Origin: Felis catus | Lineage: Eukaryota | Length of the DNA: 64,000 nucleotides | Direction of reading: 5' to 3' | NCBI RefSeq assembly: GCF_018350175.1 | Contig: NC_058383.1 | Coordinates: forward strand, 4,776,001 to 4,840,000 | In this document: piece by piece, positions 11,740 to 21,768 of the stretch | How positions within the stretch are numbered: the first letter of the stretch is position 1 | Layout of the letters: each line of letters opens with the position of its first letter | Translations under genes and position numbers: made by a program | The notes under the pieces: generated by a model | What the model was told of the DNA's origin: nothing | The model's database searches: none | Seen by the model: only the letters and a program-made list of their open reading frames with translations

Positions 11740-12088
11740 TGCTTCTCCCCAGACTCTAAAGACACTGCTTCCTTGTCCAGTGTTGCTGTTGAGGATGTCC
11801 TGTGCCATTCTGGTCCCTGATCATCTCATGTTGTTATTTCTCTCCCATTTTTTCATCATTTCACCTCTTGGTTACACTTCCTAGAAGATTTTCTCATCAC
11901 TATCCTCCACCCTTTCCGCAATTATTTCTGCAACCCTCTCTTCAATTTCAGAGCTTTCTTATTCTCGGACTGGGTTTTTTCCTTACGCGTGTTCTTGCTT
12001 CACAATTGCAGTGTTGGCTCCCACCTCTCTGAAGACAGCTAACTTTGTTCCTGCTTCCTTCATCGTCCTTGTTTGCTCCAATTCATTT

Positions 12089-12089
12089 C

Positions 12090-12133
<44 letters not shown>
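12089..12133. repeat. (CAA)15 microsatellite
   Basis: Perfect trinucleotide run. Confidence 0.97.
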
Positions 12134-13974
12134 AGTGTTTGTTTCATTTCTCCTGTTGAAGGATTTCCTAAGCTGCCAGGTGATGCTGGGCTGTGGTGTG
12201 GAGTGAATCGATCGGCATGCAAGAGAGGGGTGTGGACAGTTGGGGAGCCCGCCATGGGGAGGGGTGTCCTCCAGCATCTCTTAGTGTTTTCTCTCGGGCT
12301 GCTCAATTTGTCTAGAAAGGACTCGTTTGATCACCTGCCTGGGCAAGTAATTTGGCCATGAGCGTTCTAGGAGCCAAATGGGGAAAGAGAAGACTCCCAT
12401 TTCAGAAAGCAGATTTCGCTAAATCCCCATGGTTTCAAGAACTCTTCCTGCCTTTGGCTCTGCCCAGTGTCCCCAGAGTCAGAGCCTATTTGGTACCAGG
12501 CTTTTGCCAGAGCACATGCGAAGGGGGAGGGGAGGTCTGGAGACCCGCCTGGCAGCAATCTTTCCGTTTCCAGCCCTACTGGGAACCTCGGGTTCTGAAG
12601 GCTTTCTGGGCAGTGGGGAGGGGGGCGGGGATCAGGTTGTTCTTCTTGGCTTCCCCCTCTGATAGCTTAGTCTTCTGCTAAGTCAGGTCCTTTCAGGTCC
12701 ATCTGAGTTCCAGTTTCTAATATCTTAAGCTTTTGATTTATTTTTTTCCTTACTGAGAGAGACACAGCAGAGACAGCAAAAGGGACAGAGAGAAGAAGAG
12801 ACAGAGAAGACAAGACCATGGGCCAGGAGCGGGTCCCTCAGTAGGGGGCAGAATGCGACAGACTTGCACCCAGCTGACGGCTTGGGGCTTCAGGAAGTTT
12901 TCTCTCCCACTGGGGAGGGTGGAGGAGGTTTGGAATATGATCCTGGGAAGAATGGCAGGCTGGGGAGCAGCGCTGATGGCCTGGAATGCATCTAAAGCAC
13001 TCATGGTGGTGGCCCAGGGAGCAAATGTCGGGCATGGCTTCCTCAGGTCAATCCCCTCCCTCCTCCCCGCAGTGTCCCCTCCCAGAGCACCAGGAACCCA
13101 TGGCGTTCGCCTGATTCTGTTTTTACAATCTGATTGGGGTCTTGCCAGCTGCAAGGGCAAAGGGTTCGTCTGGGTTGGTCACCCTTGTCTTCCCAATACT
13201 TCCTTCAGTTGACACGCAACACGTATTTGTCAAATGAATCAATAAAATAACCAAAAACACTTGCTAGCAGAGCGAAAACCATTCGGTATAATAATCCAAA
13301 CTTCAGTGGGGGGCATGTGACCCAACACGGGCAGATAGTCCTCTGCCTCTGCCGGGGAGGTGGAGCGGAGGCACACGGGAACCAAAGGTGGCTGGGTTGA
13401 ACGCACCAGTGCAGGAGCCGCAGGGTCCCGCCCTGGCTGTGACGAGCGCTTGTGTGCTTCCATGGAACCCCTTTTCCTTGCCTAACTCACTCAGGGTTGG
13501 TTTCTGCAAACAGAGAACCCTCACAAATGCAGAAATTGGGACCAGGAGTGGCACTGAGGCCCAGACGCCCCAGGAAAATGTGGGATTCGAAACTGGCTAT
13601 TGGGCCAAGATGAGGACAAAGCACAGAGACTCCCACACGTGTTCCAGGACGGGGGCGGGAGGTGTTCTGTTGAAACAATTAATCCCGGTACCAGCTAGGG
13701 CCACCTGAGACCGTGAGTCCTCTGATGTTGAGGTGCTCGAGGATCACTGGAAGGGGACAGGGATGCCAGGACCACACTATAGGATGGTTCCATCTGATGA
13801 CATTCATTCCCGTCCAGGAAGACCTCAGCATTCCTTTGCTGAGGCCCAGGTGGAACCGGGGCCTTCGTGGGGCTGCTCTCAGAGCATGTCAGAGCACTGG
13901 TAGCCACAGGCCAACACCTGGGTCTCAGGTTGATTCCTGGGTCACCGGGAGGGAGCTCCACTTGGACTCTTCTT

Positions 13975-14377
13975 TGAGTTTCCTGAGGTTGCCATGACGA
14001 AATACTACACAACGGTCAGAGGCCACAGAGGTGAATGTGGGACAGCTCTGGAGGCCGGAAGTCTGCGATCAAGGTGTTGGGAAGGGCGATTCCTTCTGAG
14101 GCTGTGAGGGTGGGTCTGTTCCATGCCCCTCTTCCGGCTTCCGGTGTTGTCGATCTGTGGCGTTCCTTGGCTTGTAGAAGCATCACCCCCTTTATCTTCA
14201 CGTGGTGTTCCCCCTGTGTGTCTGTGTCCAAATTTCCCCTTTTTATAAGGACACCTGTTGCATTGGACAAGGGCCCAGCCTGATGACTTCATTTTAACCA
14301 ACGACATCTGCAATTACCCCATTTCCAGATAAGGTCGTGAGGGGCTGGAACTTCAGTAATATGAATGGGGGGGGGGC
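13975..14377 (-). mobile_element. MaLR solo LTR, MLT1B/C-like
   Basis: Minus strand reads ...attcatat...gttaaaatgaagtcatcaggctgggccc..tccaat...ggtgtccttataaaaaggggaaatttggacacagacac...tcatggcaacctcaggaaact, matching the recalled MLT1 consensus. Confidence 0.8.
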
Positions 14378-15179
14378 AGGGAGTAGGGGTGAAAGAGACC
14401 GTGAGAAAAGTTATGCACAGGAAGCACAGTGTGGCTTCTTGGGTCAGGCTGAACGGGAGGCTTCAGTGCGGATGGGAGTCTGTGTTTTTGCGCCAGCTTG
14501 CCCACAGGGTGTGGTGTAGCAGTTTCCAGGGGAGCCAATGCCAACCCGAACCAAACATAGCTCTGTGCCTGGGGGCACTGCCCTTGGCCTGGATTGAGGA
14601 AGGAACACAGAGACGTTGGGGCTGGAGCCCTGGGCTGCACCGAACAGGGGCATTCTGCCCCTGCCCCAGGTTCCGTTCCCCCTTCTACTGTCTCTCCCAA
14701 AGGGGCTCAGAGGACTTCACCCTTGATTTGAGAGATGGGTGAGTGAAGAGACACCAGGATCGTTAGAAAGCTCTTTCTCAGCCCGGTGGTGCCACCAGGC
14801 CACTGAAGTGAGCCTCCTAGTCTTCAGCAGGGATCGAAGGACAGTCTCCTGGCTGAAGCCAGAAGGCAGCAGTAAGCCTCCAAGAAGCAAAGCGGGGAAG
14901 CTTTGCAATTTAGGTATCGTATGGGTGGCGCGGAAATCAGTTTTCAAGCGGTGGGTGGATACTCCAATCAGTGGCTACAGCTAAGGAAACCAGTGGGCAG
15001 CCCAGAAAGAAGACACGTGATGCATGTAAGCTGACCTCTCTGGGTCTGTAGAACAGCAGGCTGAGCCACGGCTCCATGCTGGCCGCTACGGCCTGCCACC
15101 CAGTGCCTGTACCTGAACCTTGCCTTTAGCACAGAGGACACAGCCCGGGCCTGGCGGCAGAGGGGGCTCCGTGACAGGT

Positions 15180-15720
15180 TTGGTTTCCTAGGACGCTGAC
15201 TCTGGGATGGAGACGAACCTGCCTCACTACAGACGGCAGGGAACTGGAATGGAGAAGGGGAAAGGCAGGACCAGGCCGAGGGAGGCTTTGGAGTGTGGCG
15301 TGGTCTCAGTGAAGCCCCCAGGCAACCCGATGGGGACCTCTGAAGCCAAGACGGTCTTCAGACTGGTCACTAGCTGGGGCAAGAGGGCCCGGACTTCGTA
15401 AACTGGCATCAATCATTACATACAGGGGAGGGGCCGTGACCCCCAAGGGAGGTGTTGCTCTTCAGCGGATGCAAGTCTGAGAATGGCCAGCAGGTAGGCG
15501 CTGTCTTGGCAGCCCAGGAGGGTACATCCTTCAACCCTAAGGCGGGAGGAGGATCTGGATTGTGGATCTTGGCATCCACTATGGGCTTCTGCAGTCCTAC
15601 CCCCACCTGGGGTTCCCTATCCAGGCCCTGGGTCAAGGCCACTAGAGGGAGGACTCAGGACTCAGCAGTTAATCCACACCAAGCTGGGTCATCAATGCAA
15701 CATGCGGTCAAAGTGCTGTT
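15180..15720. mobile_element. Old ERVL-type LTR fragment
   Basis: ggtttcctagga.gctgactctgggatggagac start and body resemble LTR16/LTR41-class elements; by eye. Confidence 0.35.
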
Positions 15721-15743
15721 GGGGGCTCAAGAGTAGCTGGGCC

Positions 15744-15872
15744 GGGGACGCCTGGGTAGCTCAGTCGGTTAAGCATCCGACTTCAGCTCAGGTCATGATC
15801 TCGCGGTTCGTGGGTTCGAGCCACACGTCAGGCTCTGTGCTGACAGCTCAGAGCCTAGAGCCTGCTTCAGAT

Positions 15873-15915
<43 letters not shown>

Positions 15916-15970
15916 GCCCCTCCCCCACTCATGCTCTGTCTCTCAGAAATAAACATTAAAAAAAAAAAAA
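15744..15970 (+). mobile_element. Can-SINE
   Basis: Canonical head, CT tract, AATAAA and poly(A). Confidence 0.9.
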
Positions 15971-16999
15971 GAGTGGCGCAACCTTCGGAAACCACTGGCC
16001 ATGGCCAATGTACAATTATGTCCCCAGAAATGAAATTAATTGGCAATCAACCTAGGTTTTCTAAGATTGTATTACCAGAAAGCCCCCAAGCCTGGTGCAT
16101 AAGGGTCTGGAATTAGTTCTTTCCCTCTTGAATAGTAATCCCCAGGCCTAAGGAAAGAGCAAACGACATCTGTGGGAAGGGTTTCTAAGGAGATAAAAGG
16201 GGACTCATCTCCCTCATCGGCTGATTACAACTGAAAACTGGAAAAACCCAAAAAGCAATGACCTGAAGGCTGTGAAAAGTAAGTACTAGCAGGCAGGTTG
16301 GGAAGGAAAGTCAAAACATGAAGAGAAACCAGTATGGCAGGGGTGGTTTCCTGTTTGTTTTTTTAATCTCCTTTATCTACTGGCCTTGGGCTGAGGGCCA
16401 GCTGAAGCGGGGCCTTGGGTAACAGGTGGAGACAGTAAAACCTTCAAGAAAAACTAGTGTTTATGGCCAGAAGACCAGGACAGTGGCCCCTATGAGCAGG
16501 AGTGTGGGAGAAGAATCACCACATTTTTCTTCCTTTTCTCCCTAGTCCTACCCTGAGGCCAGAGCCATTGAGGAACCTCATTGCCATGGTGGGGGAGGGG
16601 GCGTGGACACCTAACATCCTGAGAGAAGACCCACTTTCTGGATGGAGGAACGTGGACAAAGGGTCCCTGCTGTGTGAAGAATGATTTGTTTCCCTCTGTC
16701 TTTTCTCTCTTCACTCCAGAGGAGGCCCAGCCATAAAGAAATGTGCCTGCAGTGGGTTTGGGGGCGGGACAGACATTCTTAGAGAATCTCATCTTGCGGA
16801 AGAATCTGGAAAAGGGGACCTGGGGAGTGTGGAGGAAACTCTGGAGAGGAGGGAGCTTGGGAATGGGTTCCCCTAATTCTGCGTATCAACGAATACATGT
16901 CCCAACGGTGCCTCCATGGGCCGCACTCAGATATGTAGCAAAGTCTTTGAAAACTGAACTGTCATTGGAACCGCTGAACACAGGAGGAAGGAATGTGTG

Positions 17000-19210
17000 A
17001 TTCAACCAAGCTGACCACCTGCTTTAAGCAAACAAAAAAGCACCATTCCGATGTTCTCCAGAGAAAGTAACAGGACCCAGTGTCTCAAAAACAAACAAAA
17101 AGCAGTATTACAAATGTACAGTCTATGATCCAAAATTACTCAACACACCAAGAACCAGGAAAATGGGACCGATTCACAAGGGAAGAGACAATCTCCATTT
17201 ACCAGCCCTGAGATGACCCAGATGTTGAAATTATCAAAGACCCTAAGGCAGCTATATTGTAACTATCCTCCACGAGGGAAAGGTAAATATGCTTGAAATG
17301 AATGGAACATGTTTTCAGCAGATGAACATAAACTGTATAAAAAAGAAGATTTTAGAACTTCAAGATAAAAAAACCCAGTATCTGAAATATAAAAACCGAA
17401 TCACTGAATGGGTTCAGTAACAGAACAGATGACAAATGAAAGAGTCAGTAAGATTGAGGACAGGTAAATATAAATGACAGGGTGAAAAGGACTGAGAAAA
17501 TAAAGAGCATCAGTGACGTACGGAGCAGTATCAGAATCAGAAGGTTGGACATTCGTGGCATGAGACCCTGATGGAGAGGAGAAACAGATGATGCAGAGAA
17601 AATACCTGAAGAGATAATGACTGGAGACATCCTAAATTTGGTTAAAGACTTACACTTCTGGATTCAAGAGGTGCCTGGGTGGCTCTGCTAGTTGAGTGTC
17701 CGGCTTCAGCTCAGGTCATGATCTTGCGGTTCGTGGGTTCGAGCCCCGTGTCGGGCTCTGTGCCGACAGCTCAGAGCCTGGAACCTGCTTTGGATTCTGT
17801 CTCCTCCTCTCTGCCCCTTCCCTGCTTGCGCTTTGTCTCTCAAAAAATAAAATAAAACATTAAAAAAAAAAAAAAAGAAATTATGGCGGCCAGAAAACAG
17901 TGGAATATTTTCTTAAGATTTTATTTATTTTTTTAATGTTTATTTATTTTTGAGGAGGAGGGGAAGAGAATGAGCAGGGGAGGGTCAGAGAGAGGGGGAC
18001 AGAGGATCTGAAGTGGGTTCTACACTGACAGCAGCAAGCCTGATGTGGGGCTCAAACTCACGAACCATAAGATCATGATCTGAGCTGAAATCAGACGCTT
18101 AACCAACTGAGCCACCCAAGCGTCCCAAGATTTTTTTTTACTTTTTTATTAAAAAAAAATTTTTTTTTAATGTTTATTTATTTTTTGAGAGAGAGAGAGA
18201 GAGTGAGCAGGGGAGGGGCAGAGAGGGAGAGAGGGAGACCCAGAATCTGAAGCAGGCTCCAGGCTCTGAGCTGTCAGCACAGAGCCCAACGTGGGGCTCG
18301 GACCCACAAGCTGTGAGATCATGACCTGAGCCAAAGTCAGACGCTTAACCGACTGAGCCACCCAGGCACCTCCCCACAAAATTTTATGTTTAAGTAGTCT
18401 CTACACCCAACATGGGCTGGAACCCACAATTATTATTTTTTTTTTTTTTACTTAAAAAATTTTTTTTAATGTTTATTTATTTTTGAGAGAGACAGAGTGT
18501 GAGCAGGGGAGGAGTAGAGGGAGGGAGACACAGAATCTGAAGCAGGCTCCAGCCCCTGAGCCATCAGCACAGAGCCCGACGCAGGGCCCGAATCCACAAA
18601 CCATGAGATCATGACCTGAGCCGAAGTTGGACGCCCAACCAACTGAGCCACCCAGGTGCCCCTGGAACCCACAATTCTGAGATCAAGAGTCACATGCTCA
18701 CTGACTGAGCCAGGTGCCCCATCAGTGGAACAACATTTTTAAAGTGCTTAAATAGAAGAAATAATCAAGCCAGGATTCTATGTGGGGCAAAAATACCTTT
18801 CAGGGAGGAAGGTGAAGAAAGACATTCTCAGATCAAAGAAGATTAAGAGAATTAATCACTAGCAGACCTGCTCTCAAAGAAATGCTAAAGGGAGGTGTTC
18901 AGGCAGAAGAGAAATGATACCAGAGGGAAGCTTAGAACTTAAGGAACGAAGAAAGAGCAACAAAATGATAAACATACAAATAAATGTAACAGATGAATTT
19001 TCTCCTCTTAAGTTCTTTAAAATACGTATAATGTTGCGGTAAAGTTGTAAGGTTTGTACACTTTGCTCTAAGTGTTAAAATACTAACTTAGTAGACCACA
19101 GTCTAGTTAGGCACCCGTAATTACAATCCCTAGAGAACCCCCCCCCCCAAAAAACTAAACTAAAATCCTGAGATATAGCTAAAACATCAACATATAAATT
19201 CAAAATGGAA
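17000..19210 (+). mobile_element. Old LINE-1 (ORF1 region) fragment interrupted by SINEs
   Basis: A-rich decayed ORF1-like sequence (acctgaagagataatgactggagacatcctaaatttgg; aggtgaagaaagacattctcaga...agcagacctgctct); no intact ORF. Confidence 0.65.
17668..18720. mobile_element. Cluster of Can-SINEs: + at 17668-17877; - at about 17920-18127, 18140-18372, and 18435-18662 nested in an older copy
   Basis: Repeated SINE heads and tails. Confidence 0.88.
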
Positions 19211-19466
19211 TGCTAAGGAATTGAAGTCAATGAAAATCGTGGAGTAAGGGATTCCGAAAGCCAGCCCCTTCATAACAGCAATACAAAATCAACCTTTTTG
19301 CATCACCAGCAATGAGCTAAAAGCTGGCAGCATCCCAAGAAGTACCTGTTTAAAAAAATGGCTGATCTTGGTAAGAGCAGTAAACTTTGTGACATCTGAC
19401 CTTACTCTGCCCTGGGACCAGGCTCTGAAGTAGCCTTGAAAATGGCAGCTGAATTCCTGGGACCAG

Positions 19467-19684
19467 TGATGAAGTTTTTGGGTTGATGGCGGGGTGGTCC
19501 GGAGCCAATGGCCAAGAAAGAAGTCTTGAAGACGTCTTTTGTACAGAAAGGTGATTTTATTAAAGCAAGGGGACAGGACTCGTGGGCAGGAAGAGCTGCA
19601 CTAGGATTGTGACAGGTAACTCATTATATACCCTCAGGTTGGGAGGGGGTCAGGGATAGAGTAAGTCTCTAAGGAATTTTGGAA
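19467..19684. mobile_element. Partial carnivore ERV LTR-like sequence
   Basis: tgatgaag...ccggagccaatggccaagaaagaa...ggtgattttattaaagca..gggacaggac resembles LTR ends; family not assigned. Confidence 0.45.
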
Positions 19685-19830
19685 GTTCGAGCCCCGCGTC
19701 GGGCTCTGTGCTGACAGCTCGGAGCCTGGAGCCTGCTTCGGATTCTGTGTCTCCCTCTCTCTGCCCCTCTCTCGCTCATGCTCTGTCTCTCTCTGCCTCA
19801 AAAATAAAATAAAAACATTTTTTTAAATTA
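19685..19830 (+). mobile_element. 5'-truncated Can-SINE
   Basis: Starts at the B-box GTTCGAGCCCC; head missing. Confidence 0.85.
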
Positions 19831-20503
19831 TAAAAAAAAAAACAAAAAAGCAAAAAACAAAGAAAGAAAAACAGATTCCTGCAGAGGCTTCACTTGCAGG
19901 CCGATTCTTACCCACTGGCTGAGCATGGCGGGGAACCCCCGAAAGCCACAGGCTCCTGTGGCTGAGAAAGCACTTGCGGTTGGGGTCCTTTCCAACCAAG
20001 GATGGCCCTTAACACGCAGATGCCTCTGGCTCATTGCTCCTTATCTTGAGGGATGCCCCGAACTCCAGACTTGCAAAAACACAGATAGGAATTTATTAGG
20101 CAATCTGGTTTGGTCTGCTCTCCTGTCATGGCCTCTGGCCAGGAACACAAGGGCAGACACACCGCAGGGTTACATTTCATCCCACAGGTTAATCTCGGCC
20201 CTTTACTGCTCACTGTTCACTGTGACCCTCTGTCATTCCCCACTTTTAGCCCAGGGCAGTGCAACCTCATAGTTACCGGGACCTTTCCTTCCCAAAACTA
20301 GTAAATGAGAAATCAAAGCTGATACCTTCCATCGCATGCTAGGAAAAAGCCAAGGGAAGCAGACAGCCCTGGGCCGCCCCTGCACGGTGAAGGGGACACT
20401 ATCCGCTGGGTTTCTGTCAAAAGAAGTGCCTAAAATTGTATCCCGTCTTCTCTCCCTGATGACTGCAGACAGGGCATTGCTGCCACTCACGTTTACTAAG
20501 TTT

Positions 20504-20977
20504 GTTTTTTGTTTCTTTTTTAAATTTTTTATATGTTTATTTACTTTAGAGAGAAAGAGAGAGAGAGACAGAGTATAAGCAGGGGAGGTGCAGGGAGAGG
20601 GAGACACAGAATCCGAGGCAGGCTCCAGGCTCCAGGCTGTCAGCACAGAGCCCACGAACCCTGAGATCATGACCTGAGCTGAAGTCGGATGCTTGATCAA
20701 CTGAGCCACCCAGGCGCCCCTCACGTTTACTAAGTTTTTTTTTTTTTTTTTTCTTTCTTTTTTTTTTTTCAACGTTTTTTTAAATTTATTTTTGGGACAG
20801 AGAGAGACAGAGCATGAACGGGGGAGGGGCAGAGAGAGAGGGAGACACAGAATCGGAAACAGGCTCCAGGCTCGGAGCCATCAGCCCAGAGCCTGAGGCA
20901 GGGCTCGAACTCCCGGACTGCGAGATCGTGACCTGGCTGAAGTCGGACGCTTAACTGACTGTGCCACCCAGGCGCCC
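20504..20977 (-). mobile_element. Two tandem Can-SINEs (20504-20720 older; 20738-20977 young SINEC_Fc-type)
   Basis: Two full heads; shared target-site duplication CACGTTTACTAAGTTT present three times. Confidence 0.92.
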
Positions 20978-21036
20978 CACGTTTACTAAGTTTTAAGAAT
21001 ACATTCCATAAACTCTATAAAACAGTTTAGAAAAAA

Positions 21037-21042
21037 TTTATT
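21037..21042 (-). terminator. INTS15 polyadenylation signal (AATAAA)
   Basis: AATAAA on minus about 525 nt after the stop, followed by T/GT-rich sequence. Confidence 0.7.
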
Positions 21043-21566
21043 TGAACATATGAAAGGAAAATTTAGACCCCAATAAAACAGAGAAGCTCCTCGGCGGTGA
21101 GGGCGGCCCTGGCCGGGTCCCCCACCCAGCGTCGAGCTCCCGCAGCTACTGGAGACCCTGGGGACAGGGACCCGCCACATTCACAAGCAGAGAAGCCAAA
21201 CGGACCTGCAAAGGCTGCTCATGACACCCGTACCGGCCGCTCGGGCTCCCGGCACATCTGAAACGCCACACAGGCCCTCGGGCTGGCGGAATCGGCACCG
21301 GGGACGCCCATCCCATTCGGGGCGCCTTCTTCCTTCCATCCATCCGGTCTGGACTCCTGTGACAGTCACCCTGGCGGGAGGCACCCGGACTTCCCCACGC
21401 CGCACAGCTTCCGCGCCAAGACAGTCTTGCCGCTGAGGGGCGGGGAGGGGGGCCGCCGGCTGCCCCCCAAAGGTCCTCTTCTATGGGGTGGCTCCCCCTT
21501 TCTCTGGAAGGCTTCCTCCGGCCCCGGCGGAAGGCACACTGCCACTCGGCGGCACGCGGGGCCGGA

Positions 21567-21768
21567 CTAGCGGATGGGCCTGAACGGGAACGTCATGCCC
21601 GAGATGAAGGTGTGGCCCGGGTGCGTGGGCAGCGCGGGGTGGGCGGCGGGGTGGGCCGGCACGGCCCCGTAGCCCAGCGGGGGCGTGTGGATGTGAGGGT
21701 AGAAGCCTGGGGGGAGCGCCGCGTGGGGCGCCTGCTGCACCGGGCCCGAGATCACCAGCTGGAGCAGG
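21567..21768 (-). CDS. INTS15: INTS15 exon 6 (His/Pro-rich C-terminus)
   Basis: Acceptor tatttgcAG; LLQLVISGPVQQ...FPFRPIR; TAG at 21567-21569. Confidence 0.93.

Noticed and set aside
12011..12361. ORF with a 15-Gln tract
   Set aside because: Intergenic (CAA)15 microsatellite; non-ATG start and no exon signals.
20488..20993. Regularly spaced direct repeats resembling a CRISPR array
   Set aside because: The spacers are SINEs and the repeats are target-site duplications; mammalian DNA with no cas genes.
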